This document shows, piece after piece, positions 52,931 through 61,870 of a stretch of DNA of 64,000 bases. Both the position numbers and the translations under genes were made by a program. The notes beneath the pieces are model-generated. The model worked only from the letters and a program-made list of their open reading frames with translations, was not told the DNA's origin and ran no database searches. Source of the DNA: an uncultured Acidimicrobiales bacterium (GTDB taxonomy: Bacteria; Actinomycetota; Acidimicrobiia; Acidimicrobiales; CAWCAL01); the NCBI GenBank assembly GCA_963695075.1, contig CAVOFR010000007.1:1680904-1744903 (forward strand). The letters are read 5' to 3'. How positions within the stretch are numbered: the stretch's first letter is position 1; each line of letters starts with the position of its first letter.

Positions 52931-53598
52931 GAGCCTCGGCCCGTTGCAGCACGGTCGAACACCATCATCGAGGCGGTCGATCGCACCCGAGCCGCGATCA
53001 GGTCGGGATCGCCGGCGAGCAGCCGCTCGGCCGCGTCGACCTTCCCCTCGCCGGTCACGAGCCAGAGTCTGAGCCGCGCCGCGTCGAGGACCGGTCGGGT
53101 CAACGTCATGCGTCGGTGGCCCGCATGGCTTCCCGTGACGGCGACGCGGCGATCGACGACATCGAGCACGGCGTCGTTCGGCAAGAGGCTGGCCGTGTGG
53201 CCGTCGGATCCGAGACCGAGGTGCACCAGATCGAACGCACCGGGCAGTTGCGCCGCGTATCGGCGCGCCGCTGAGTCGAGATCCACCGTCGCGACCGGCA
53301 TCAGGTGCAGGTGGGCGTCGGTACCGCCGAGCGCGGCGGTGAGGGCGTTCGCATTGCGGGCCCGGTCACCATCCGGTGCGACGCGCTCGTCGACCTGGAA
53401 CACGTGGACCTCGGGCCAGGGAAGGGTGAGGACCCCGAGCAGGTCGAGCATCCGTCGAGGAGTCAAGCCCCCGCTGACCGCGATGTCAGCGCGACCCCGC
53501 GCCTCGACCGCGTGCTCGATCGACGACGCGACCACCGCAGCGGCGTAGCGGCACGCGTCCTCGTCGTCGTCCCTGACCTCGACGACCTGGTCGCTCAT
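52927..53598 (-). CDS. pgl: 6-phosphogluconolactonase
   Basis: Carries SGGLTP, VDERVAP and [13 protein letters not shown]. The ATG at 53598 overlaps the zwf stop (ATGA). Confidence 0.88.
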   Translation of the reverse strand: MSDQVVEVRDDDEDACRYAAAVVASSIEHAVEARGRADIAVSGGLTPRRMLDLLGVLTLPWPEVHVFQVDERVAPDGDRARNANALTAALGGTDAHLHLMPVATVDLDSAARRYAAQLPGAFDLVHLGLGSDGHTASLLPNDAVLDVVDRRVAVTGSHAGHRRMTLTRPVLDAARLRLWLVTGEGKVDAAERLLAGDPDLIAARVRSTASMMVFDRAATGRGS

Positions 53599-54983
53599 TC
53601 CTGCCGCCACCGGCGCTCACCGAGCAGCGCCGCCGCCGCCGGCGGCCCCCACGACCCGGGGGCGTACGGCAGCGGATCCGATGACGCCGAAAGCAACGGA
53701 TCGACGATCCTCCAGGCCTCTTCGACCCCGTCCTGACGGGCGAACAGGCTCGCATCGCCATCCATCGCGTCGTCGAGGAGGCGCTCGTAGGCGGCGGGCC
53801 CGCTTCCGACCACGGCGTCGTAGTCGACCGACAGGGGAATCGACTCGCTCACCAGCTCGTCGCCGGGTTGTTTGGCCTGCATCTCGATGGTGATCGTGTC
53901 GTCGGGTTTCATCCGGAAGACGAGACGATTCGGTACGGGGTGGCACTCGTCGGCGGTGAACAGAGGCCGGGGAGGAGCCTTGAACTCGACGACCGCCTCG
54001 GTCACGGTCTGACCCAGGGCTTTGCCGGCCCTGATGAACCAGGGCACGCCCGCCCAGTGCCACGAATCCACTGCGGTTCTGAGGGCCACGAACGTGTCCG
54101 TGATCGAGCCGTCGGCGACCCCGGGCTCGTCTCGGTACCCGTCGTATTGACCTCGCACGACCAGATTCGGATCCAACGCAGGGATTGCTCGCAGGACCTT
54201 GACCCTCTCGTCGCGCAGGGCGTCAGGGTCGCGCGAGACCGGGGGCTCCATCGCCAGCAGCGCCATGAGCTGAAGGAGGTGGTTCTGCACCACGTCGCGC
54301 AGGGCGCCGACCGAATCGTAGAACCAGCCGCGCCCCTCCACGTCGAAGGACTCCGCCATCGTGATCTGGACGTGGTCGATGTAGTGGCGGTTCCAGACCG
54401 GCTCGAGCAGGGTGTTCGCGAAGCGGAACACCATCAGGTTCTGGACCGGCTCCTTGCCCAGGAAGTGGTCGATCCGGAAGATCTGCTTCTCGTCGTAGTG
54501 GGCCGACAGGATCCGATTGAGGTCGCGCGCCGACGCGAGATCGCGGCCGAACGGCTTCTCGACGACGATGCGGCCGGAGCGGTCGAGTCCGCAGCCGGCG
54601 AGCCCGTCGGCGACATCTCCGAAGATCGCCGGCGGGATCGCGAGATAGGCGAGAGGCCGGCGCGCCGACCCCAGCTTCCCGGTCAGTTCGGCGTAGGTCT
54701 CGGCCGAGCGGTAGTCGCCGCACACGTACTCGACCCGATCGGTCAGTCGGTCGATCACGGCCGGATCGAGGTCGGTGGCCTCCGATGCCCCCTCACGCAG
54801 TGAACGGGCGATGTGACGGCGGAGCTCCTCGGTGGTCCATTCCGATCGGGCGACACCGATGACCGGCATGCCGAGACGCCCTCGCTCCTCGAGCGTGTAG
54901 AGCGCACCGAACAGCTTGCGCCTGGCCAGGTCGCCGGTGATACCGAACATGACCAGCGCGTCGGAGCGTCGTTCCGGCTTCAC
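53595..54983 (-). CDS. zwf: glucose-6-phosphate dehydrogenase
   Basis: Carries [28 protein letters not shown] and [12 protein letters not shown]. Start is GTG 54983 or TTG 54995. Confidence 0.92.
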   Translation of the reverse strand: MKPERRSDALVMFGITGDLARRKLFGALYTLEERGRLGMPVIGVARSEWTTEELRRHIARSLREGASEATDLDPAVIDRLTDRVEYVCGDYRSAETYAELTGKLGSARRPLAYLAIPPAIFGDVADGLAGCGLDRSGRIVVEKPFGRDLASARDLNRILSAHYDEKQIFRIDHFLGKEPVQNLMVFRFANTLLEPVWNRHYIDHVQITMAESFDVEGRGWFYDSVGALRDVVQNHLLQLMALLAMEPPVSRDPDALRDERVKVLRAIPALDPNLVVRGQYDGYRDEPGVADGSITDTFVALRTAVDSWHWAGVPWFIRAGKALGQTVTEAVVEFKAPPRPLFTADECHPVPNRLVFRMKPDDTITIEMQAKQPGDELVSESIPLSVDYDAVVGSGPAAYERLLDDAMDGDASLFARQDGVEEAWRIVDPLLSASSDPLPYAPGSWGPPAAAALLGERRWRQE

Positions 54984-55020
54984 GACCTGCCTCAAGGGGT
55001 GGTCCTCGACCCGTGAGCTC

Positions 55021-56061
55021 TCAAGCGCTGTCGCTCCGTTCGTGCTCTGGTTCTGAAGTCTCGTGGTGGCCGCCGAATTCCCGTCGCATCGCGGACAGGG
55101 CCTTTCCGGCGAACTCGGCGTTGTCCCGGGAGGCGAATCGCTCGTACAGCGCCGCCGTGATGGTGTGGGCCGGCACTCCCAGATCGACGGCGGCCTGGAC
55201 GGTCCATCGACCCTCGCCGGAATCGGACACCCGGCCCGCGAAGCCCTCCAGGTCGGGGTCGGCGGCCAGTGCGGCGGCGGTGAGGTCGACGAGCCAGGAG
55301 CTGACCACACTGCCGCGGCGCCAAACCTCGACGATCGAAGCGATGTCGAGGTCGTACCGGTAGGCGGCGGGATCACGCAGTGGGGCGGTCTCCGCATCGT
55401 CGCTGTGGTCGTCGTTTCCGAGGTCGGCCCGGTCCAGGATCGCCAGCCCTTCGGCCAGGGCGGCCATGGCCCCGTACTCGATGCCGTTGTGCACCATCTT
55501 CACGAAGTGTCCGGCTCCGTGGGGGCCGCAGTGGAGCCAACCGGCCTCACCGGGGTCGGGGCTTCCGCTGCGGCCGCGGGTGCGCGCTGCCGCATCCACA
55601 CCGGGAGCCAGGGACTCGAAGACGGGGGAGAGGCGCTCCACCGGCTCGTGATCACCACCGACCATCAGCGAAAAGCCACGCTCGAGTCCGTGGACGCCGC
55701 CGGACGTACCGACGTCGACGAAGTGGACACCGGTCGGGTTGAGCGACGCGGCCCGGTCGATGGCGTCCCGGTAGAAGCTGTTACCTCCGTCGATGATCGC
55801 GTCACCGGGTCCGAGGAGTGGGCCCAGCTCGTCCACGACGGCGCCGACGAAGGCGGCCGGCACCATGATCCACACGTGACGAGGTGTCTCGAGCTGTTCG
55901 ACGAGAGAGTCGAGCGAGGTCGCGGCTTCCGCTCCATCGGCGGCGAGTGCGTTGACGGCTGCAACGTCGCGGTCGTACACGACGCAGCGATGACCGCTGC
56001 CGAGCAGACGGCGGGCGAGGTTCGATCCCATACGTCCGATCCCGATCAATCCGAGTTGCAT
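55021..56061 (-). CDS. gnd: 6-phosphogluconate dehydrogenase (decarboxylating, short-chain type)
   Basis: Carries [41 protein letters not shown] and [16 protein letters not shown] lies 7 nt upstream of ATG 56061. Confidence 0.9.
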   Translation of the reverse strand: MQLGLIGIGRMGSNLARRLLGSGHRCVVYDRDVAAVNALAADGAEAATSLDSLVEQLETPRHVWIMVPAAFVGAVVDELGPLLGPGDAIIDGGNSFYRDAIDRAASLNPTGVHFVDVGTSGGVHGLERGFSLMVGGDHEPVERLSPVFESLAPGVDAAARTRGRSGSPDPGEAGWLHCGPHGAGHFVKMVHNGIEYGAMAALAEGLAILDRADLGNDDHSDDAETAPLRDPAAYRYDLDIASIVEVWRRGSVVSSWLVDLTAAALAADPDLEGFAGRVSDSGEGRWTVQAAVDLGVPAHTITAALYERFASRDNAEFAGKALSAMRREFGGHHETSEPEHERSDSA

Positions 56062-56115
56062 CAGGGTGCCTCCTCGTTCGATGCTGGCATGGATCGCGAG
56101 CACACGGGGGCTTCG

Positions 56116-56529
56116 ATGACGATGGGCGAACGGCCAGGACTCGAATCCCTGAACGAGGCCGAGTGTTGGGCCTTGCTCGAATCGCACCATCTCGGTCGGT
56201 TGGCGACGGCGATCGACGGCTGGCCTGAGATCTTTCCGGTCAACTATCACGCCGTGGACGGCACCATCGTGTTCCAGACCGCGGCCGGGACGAAGTTGGC
56301 CTCGGCGGTACTCGGTGTCGGGGTGGCCTTCGAAGTCGACCATGCCGACGCGTTGTACCACTCCGGATGGAGCGTCGTCGTCAAGGGCAACGCCTCCGAG
56401 ATCGAGGATCTCGAGGAGCGACTGGCGGCCGAGGCGCTGCCCCTCCAGCCGTGGGCGCCGGCCGACAGGGATCGCTACGTGCGGATCCGGCCCACCGAGG
56501 TCACCGGTCGGCGGATCGCCAAGCGCTGA
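56116..56529 (+). CDS. pyridoxamine 5-prime-phosphate oxidase family (Pyridox_ox_2-like) protein
   Basis: The 137-aa protein is the C-terminal part of the track ORF 55063-56529. Carries ECWALLESHHLGRLA, FPVNY and VVKG...YVRIRPTEVTGRRI. Confidence 0.78.
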   Translation: MTMGERPGLESLNEAECWALLESHHLGRLATAIDGWPEIFPVNYHAVDGTIVFQTAAGTKLASAVLGVGVAFEVDHADALYHSGWSVVVKGNASEIEDLEERLAAEALPLQPWAPADRDRYVRIRPTEVTGRRIAKR

Positions 56530-56596
56530 AAGCTCCCTCGGCGCGGCGCATCTCGACCTGCTCAACCGGGCCCGCTCGGTGCCGACAGGTCAAGCC

Positions 56597-56995
56597 GTGA
56601 TCGACGTGCTCCAGATGATGATGGCCCCGGCTGCCCTGCTCCTGAGGTTCGCGATGATCGTCGGGTCGTTCTGGCTGGTTCCGATGGCATGGCGACTCCT
56701 CCGCGACGAGGCCCGGGATGCTCGCCACCAGGCGATGATCGAACACGCTCGTTATCTTCATCCGGCGGGCGGAACCCCGGGCGAGGGGTGGTCATGGGAC
56801 GAGACCGACCTGCCCTACGACTTCGACCTGGAGAACGAGATCGAGCCGGAAGCAGATCTCCTCGCCGTCTATGACGAAGTCGTCCTCGGTGGCTACCGTC
56901 CCGACGCGGACGAGACCTTCGAAGAGGTGGCCGATCGGCTGGACGTGCCCGTCGAGCACGTGCGGGCGCTGCTCGGGAGATCCTGGCTCGAGTGA
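56597..56995 (+). CDS. small hypothetical membrane protein with a C-terminal HTH-like segment
   Basis: Hydrophobic N-terminus (MMMAPAALLLRFAMIVGSFWLV), an acidic middle, and ETFEEVADRLDVPVEHVRALLGRS at the C-terminus. Start is GTG 56597 or ATG 56615. Confidence 0.5.
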   Translation: MIDVLQMMMAPAALLLRFAMIVGSFWLVPMAWRLLRDEARDARHQAMIEHARYLHPAGGTPGEGWSWDETDLPYDFDLENEIEPEADLLAVYDEVVLGGYRPDADETFEEVADRLDVPVEHVRALLGRSWLE

Positions 56996-57018
56996 GGATC
57001 TCTCGGGTTAGGTGCGGA

Positions 57019-57033
57019 CCGGGGCAGCCCCGG
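57019..57033 (+). terminator. short GC hairpin CCGGGG-CAG-CCCCGG after 56995
   Basis: 6-bp stem and 3-nt loop, 24 nt after the stop, followed by a T-containing stretch. Confidence 0.35.
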
Positions 57034-57100
57034 CCTGTCGTTCTCCTCACAGAACCTCCGGTGACAGCTGAGTGCACTTTCACCGTGAACCCCCGTACCG

Positions 57101-58480
57101 TTGCCGTCGAACATGGCTGATCCTCGCTCCTGGCCTCATCGCCCGCCGCCCGCTCCGCCCGACCAGTGGCCGCCCTGGTCGCCCGCGCCGCTGCAGCCCC
57201 GGGCCGAGGCCGATCCCGAATCCCGGGGCCGTCCCCGCTGGCTGGCCCCGGTGGCGGTCGGTGTGGTGATCGCCATGCTCGCCGTGGTGGGCGCCGGTGT
57301 CCTGACCGCTCGGGACGATCCCGTGGTGGAAGCGGGACCTGATGTCCTCGACTCGGCAACCGACGAGGCCGGTTCGGCCGACCCTGATCCCACCCCGGCC
57401 GATCCCCCCACGACAGACCCATCACCTCCCACCTCCACCGACCCCGACGAACTCGATGCGCTCGTCGCCGAGCTGGTCGCATTCGTCGAGACGGCCCGTG
57501 AAGCCGACTTCGTGACCGACCCGGTCGTGGAGTTCTACGGTGATGCCGACTTCGAGCAACGGCTCGAGGAGACCTTCCTGGACGACGAGACGCTCGAGCT
57601 GACCGAGATCGAGGACAAGCTCTACCACGCGCTGGGTCTACTCGAACCCGGCGAGTCCCAGCTGGAGATCGTCACCGATCTCCTCGCCAGTGGTGTCGTC
57701 GGGTTCTACGACCCCGAGACCGCCGAGCTCGCCGTACGAGGCACGGACCTGAATCCGTACGTGGCCAGCACGGTGGTCCACGAGCTGGTCCACGCCCTCG
57801 ACGACCAGCTCCACGACCTCGACAAGGAGGAATGGGACGAGCTCAGCATCGACGAGTCCGGGGCGGTAACCGCCGTCATCGAGGGCAACGCCCGCCGGGT
57901 CGAGGAGGAGTGGACCGACACGCTCTCGTCCGGCGAGCTCGATGAATACGCAGCCGAGGAGGCGGCGGCCGCGGCGGGCGCCGACTACGAGTCGTTCCCG
58001 CAGTGGATGGTCGAGCTGCTCCTGGCTCCCTACCAGCTCGGCCAGCAGATGGTCAGCGCGGTCGACGCCGAGGAGGACGTGGACGCGCTGTTCGCGGACC
58101 CGCCCGATTCCACCGAACAGGTCCTGGATCCGGCGGCCCTGGACTCTGACGAACAACCGCTGGCGGTGCCGACCCCTGAGTCCGATGGCCTCGTGGTCGA
58201 GGAGGGCACGCTCGGCGCTCTCATGCTGTACGTGATGATGCTCGAGTACGTGGACGACTCGTCGGCCGCCGCGGTGGCGACGGGGTGGGGTGGCGACTCG
58301 TACGTCCTCTACGACCACGGCGACGCCGCCTGCGTTCGAATCGACGTCGTCGGCGACTCGGCCTCGGCCACGACGGCGATCTCCGAGGCGCTCGGCGCAT
58401 TCGCCGAGGCGTCGCCGGCCGAGGCCTCGGCCGAGACGGTCGATGGTCGACCCCGACTCACGAGCTGCGGCCTCCGCTGA
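57101..58480 (+). CDS. membrane-anchored putative zinc metalloprotease (HExxH)
   Basis: Pro-rich N-terminus, one TM helix (WLAPVAVGVVIAMLAVVGAGVL), then VVHELVHALD with a downstream EGNA. Start may be ATG 57113. Confidence 0.72.
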   Translation: MPSNMADPRSWPHRPPPAPPDQWPPWSPAPLQPRAEADPESRGRPRWLAPVAVGVVIAMLAVVGAGVLTARDDPVVEAGPDVLDSATDEAGSADPDPTPADPPTTDPSPPTSTDPDELDALVAELVAFVETAREADFVTDPVVEFYGDADFEQRLEETFLDDETLELTEIEDKLYHALGLLEPGESQLEIVTDLLASGVVGFYDPETAELAVRGTDLNPYVASTVVHELVHALDDQLHDLDKEEWDELSIDESGAVTAVIEGNARRVEEEWTDTLSSGELDEYAAEEAAAAAGADYESFPQWMVELLLAPYQLGQQMVSAVDAEEDVDALFADPPDSTEQVLDPAALDSDEQPLAVPTPESDGLVVEEGTLGALMLYVMMLEYVDDSSAAAVATGWGGDSYVLYDHGDAACVRIDVVGDSASATTAISEALGAFAEASPAEASAETVDGRPRLTSCGLR

Positions 58481-58496
58481 CCCTCGGGCGCTGACC

Positions 58497-59758
58497 TCAG
58501 GAGTCGAGGAGACCCTGGATGCTGTCCGTGCTCCCGACGGCCTGCTCGTCGGCCACCTTCTCGAGATAATCCCGGCCCTCGTCGTTGCCGGCCAACTCCA
58601 CCATGCGTTTGGGGATGGCGGGGATCGTGTAGCCCTCGGGCAGGGGAGGGGCGGTCTCGACGCGACGGCTCATCGCCTGCTCGATCGCCGGGGTCAGCCG
58701 TTTCTGCTTCTTCGCGATGTGGGAGGTGTCGCGCTCGGCGAACTCCGGTAGCACCTCGGTGCCGAAAAGCTCGATCGAGGTCATGATGTCCTCGTGGCTG
58801 TTGCGGCCGGCCTGCATGACGAAGATCAGCTGGTCGACGCCCGCCTCCTCGTAGCGCCGGATGAACTCGCGGATCTGGTCGGGCGTGCCTATGGCGCCGC
58901 GCAGTCCGGTGTTCTCACCGGCGACGATCTTCGCTCCGAGTGTCTCCTGTTCGCTCGCGAGCGCCGCCTCCGGCGAGTAGCCCACTTCGTTTCTGCGCTC
59001 GACGAACTCCTGCCATACGTCGGTTTCGGCGGGTACGTGGTCACCGAAGATGTAGTAGTGGCCCAGGGAGTACCCGAAGAAGTTGGCCCCCTTCGAGTCC
59101 CATCGCCAGAGCGACCGACTCGCCGTGGTCGCACATCATCGGCGTGACGAAGGCGATGGTCGGGTTGATCTCGAGGCCGATCGGCACACACTTCGTGACC
59201 AGCACCTCCTCGTAGTCGGCGACCCACAGGGGAGGATGAGGTTTCTGCACCGGCTTGGGTACGACGTTGGCGGGGCGGCATCGTGACGTAGGTTCCCTCG
59301 ACGCCGGTGAACGGTGTCTCGGTCATGCACCGCAGCGAGACCTCGAGGCCCTCGAGCCATTGCTCGCGCTTGGTCACCATGTCGATACCGAAGCCACCGA
59401 GCTCGGCCTCGGACGAGGACTCGCCGGACCCGAAATCGACCCGCCCTCCCGACACGAGATCGAGCATCGCGACCCGCTCGGCGGTGCGGGCCGGGTGGTT
59501 GTATCGGGGTGCGGTCTGGATGATGCCGTGGCCCAGGCGGATGTTCTCGGTTCGCTGGCTCACCGCGGCCAGAAAGACCTCGGGGGCCGACGAGTGGGAG
59601 TACTCCTCGAGGAAGTGGTGCTCGACCTCCCACACGTAGTCGAACCCGAGCCGGTCGGCCAGCTCGATCTGGTCGAGGGCGTCGGAGATCAGCTGCTGTT
59701 CGCTGGTGTCGGTCCAGGGGCGTGGCAGCTGGTGTTCGTAGAAGAGGCCGAACTTCAC
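58497..59758 (-). pseudogene. LLM-class flavin-dependent oxidoreductase, disrupted by two +1 frameshifts
   Basis: Three consecutive minus-strand ORF pieces (59758-59270, 59250-59090 and 58985-58497) together read as one LLM protein: MKFGLFYEHQLPRPW ... MPPR/NVVPKPVQKPHPPLWVA ... GLEGG/NFFGYSLGHYY ... The total length of 1262 nt is not a multiple of 3. The shifts fall at a G4 run (59272-59275) and a C5 run (59087-59091). Confidence 0.8.
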
Positions 59759-59778
59759 TCGGTCACGGCGGGCGCGGT

Positions 59779-60309
59779 TCAGCTCACCGTGAACGTGTTG
59801 ACCATGCCCTCGTCGAAGTGGCTCTCGAACGTGCCGTCGGCTTCCTCCTCGACGATGTTGCAGAAGAGGATGTAGCTGCCGGCCTCGAGGTCGAAGGACG
59901 CGCTCTCGGTGCCTCCAGCGTCGAACTCCTCGATCTCGCCGATGAACGCACCCTCTTCGAGCTCGTCCTCGAGCACGAGACCTGTGTCGTCCTGTGGGAG
60001 CGCGGCGGGATCGTCACCCTTCACGACGACGAGCTCGTGGGCCTCGCCTCCTTCGTTGGAGGCGACGAACTCGACCGTGCCGGCCGCCGCGCTCGTCGGG
60101 TCGGGCTCGACGATCCATTCGGACAGGACGACGTTGACGGTTCCATCTCCACCGCCCGTGTCGGCCATCTCGGTGTCGGTACCCGCGGTGTCGGTACTCG
60201 CGGTGTCGGCTGTGTCACTGCTCGCGTCGTCGTCGTCGCCGCACGCGGTCAGCGCCATCATCAGGACCAGCGCGGAGCCGACTGCCATCATCTTCGTGAA
60301 TCTCACCAT
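59779..60309 (-). CDS. cupredoxin-like lipoprotein
   Basis: Signal peptide with lipobox LTAC. Acidic Thr/Asp-rich linker. Candidate type-1 copper ligands H (GEAHEL), C (ILFCNI), H and M (SHFDEGM). Confidence 0.75.
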   Translation of the reverse strand: MVRFTKMMAVGSALVLMMALTACGDDDDASSDTADTASTDTAGTDTEMADTGGGDGTVNVVLSEWIVEPDPTSAAAGTVEFVASNEGGEAHELVVVKGDDPAALPQDDTGLVLEDELEEGAFIGEIEEFDAGGTESASFDLEAGSYILFCNIVEEEADGTFESHFDEGMVNTFTVS

Positions 60310-60338
60310 GGGGTACCTCTCCAGTCCCGGCCAGAAGG

Positions 60339-60815
60339 TCAGGGTTGTTCTTCATCACTCGATGCTTCCGGATCGGAAACACGAGCCTCTTCCGCGGGTG
60401 CGCCCGCGACGATCTCTGCCTCCATACCCTGCTCCCGGTGGCCGGGCACGGTGCACCACAGGAGCTGCCCGGCAGACACGACGCCGAGGTTGACCTCGGC
60501 CGAGTCGCCCGGGGCCAACCGTTCGGTTCCGATCTCGCCTTCGAGCTTCAGGTCGTGTTGGATCTCACCACTGTTGCGAACCTGGATGACCAGCTCGGTG
60601 TTCGGCGCAACCGCGATCGTGTCCGGTCTCACCAGGAAGTCCTCGAGCTCCACGGCCTCGATCTGGGTGAAGTCGACGCCGCCGGCGGAGTCGTCGGCCA
60701 GCAGCAGAGCGGTGCCGATCAGGATCGCACCGAGCACGGCCCAGACGACGAAGGCTCCTCCGACGAGGAGCAGACCGAAATGGTCACGCCCCGCGCCTGC
60801 CGTTTCATCGGCCAC
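60339..60815 (-). CDS. membrane-anchored cupredoxin (plastocyanin/azurin-like)
   Basis: One TM helix, then IQHDL and the classic copper site LWCTVPGHREQGM. Confidence 0.8.
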   Translation of the reverse strand: MADETAGAGRDHFGLLLVGGAFVVWAVLGAILIGTALLLADDSAGGVDFTQIEAVELEDFLVRPDTIAVAPNTELVIQVRNSGEIQHDLKLEGEIGTERLAPGDSAEVNLGVVSAGQLLWCTVPGHREQGMEAEIVAGAPAEEARVSDPEASSDEEQP

Positions 60816-60879
60816 GGTCTCCCCTCCCCGGAAAAGACGGTGTCGTTCGGGACGCTACTCGCTTTCTCGGCCGCCGTCG

Positions 60880-61776
60880 TCAACTCTGGAGCGGCAGCAC
60901 CGACTCGGCCAACCGACCGAGCTCCTCGGGCCAGTCGGGCGGGTCGAACAAGGGCATGACGATGAACTTGGACGCACCGGCGGCGAGATGGCGCTCGATC
61001 AGTTCTCGGATGTGGTCATGGCCGGTGGCGATCAGCTCGGCGGGGTCGACGCCGGGCCGGCGGGCGGCCAATGCCGAGCGGACCTCGTCGGGCAGGGCCT
61101 GGTCGCCGTAGACGATGAGAGCGCCGAAGTGCTCGGGATCGATCTCGCGGTCGTGTTCGGCGGCGGTCGCGTTGACGGTGGCGATGCCGGCCTCGACGTC
61201 GGCCGGTGTGCAGAAGGAGGGCAGCCATCCGTCGCCCAGCCGGCCTGTGCGGCGGAGCTCGCTGGGAGCGATCCCTCCCAGCCAGACCTCCAGGGGGTCC
61301 TGCACCGGCGTCGGTCGGACCCTGACCTCGTCCAGGTGGAATCGGGCGCCGTGGTGGGTCACCGGCTCGCCGGTCCAGAGTTGCCGGATGAGCGGCAGGG
61401 CCTCGTCGAACAGGGCCGAGCGGTCCGTGCGGCTGACGGCGAACGCCTGGTGTTCCAGGGAATTGACCGCTCCGAGGCCGACGGCGGCGAGCAGGCGTCC
61501 GTTCGACAGCCGGTCCAGGCTGGCGAGCATCTTGGCCACCTCGACCGGATTGCGGCCGGGCAGCACCATGACGGCCGGCCCGAACTTGAGCGTGCGCGTA
61601 CGGCCGGCCACCCAGGACATCGCCACGAGCGGATCGACCAGGGGCCCGGTGAGCCGCTCGGCGAACCACAGCGAGTCGAAGCCATGGTGTTCCAGGCCGT
61701 CGACGACGCGACCGAGGTCCTCTGGGTCGGTCAGGCCACTGCGCGTGCCGACGCCGAATCCGATCCGCACCTTCAT
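60880..61776 (-). CDS. LLM-class F420-dependent oxidoreductase-like protein
   Basis: Starts at ATG 61776 (MKVRIGFGVG). Carries GFDSLWFAERL, LDRLSNGRLLAAVGLG and WLGG. The track ORF up to 62427 is an extension. Confidence 0.85.
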   Translation of the reverse strand: MKVRIGFGVGTRSGLTDPEDLGRVVDGLEHHGFDSLWFAERLTGPLVDPLVAMSWVAGRTRTLKFGPAVMVLPGRNPVEVAKMLASLDRLSNGRLLAAVGLGAVNSLEHQAFAVSRTDRSALFDEALPLIRQLWTGEPVTHHGARFHLDEVRVRPTPVQDPLEVWLGGIAPSELRRTGRLGDGWLPSFCTPADVEAGIATVNATAAEHDREIDPEHFGALIVYGDQALPDEVRSALAARRPGVDPAELIATGHDHIRELIERHLAAGASKFIVMPLFDPPDWPEELGRLAESVLPLQS

Positions 61777-61813
61777 GAGCGCCGATGCTACGTCGGCGTA
61801 GCCTCCAACCCGG

Positions 61814-61836
61814 GAACCGCCGCGCCGCGGCGGTTC
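61814..61836. promoter_or_regulatory. strong GC palindrome/hairpin in the divergent region upstream of the ABC-F gene
   Basis: GAACCGCCGCG-C-CGCGGCGGTTC has perfect 11-nt arms. A second inverted repeat, GCTACG-TCGG-CGTAGC, lies at 61787-61802. Confidence 0.4.
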
Positions 61837-61870
61837 AACCCGGCGGCCGGGTCCGTGCGACGATGACACC

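Noticed and set aside
61785-61870. Short Arg-rich uORF (MLRRRSLQPGNRR...) upstream of the ABC-F gene, considered as a regulatory leader peptide feature.
   Set aside because: It has no SD, runs out of frame into the ABC-F coding region, and has the composition of a random GC-rich frame. It is mentioned only as a possibility in the finding and is not annotated.
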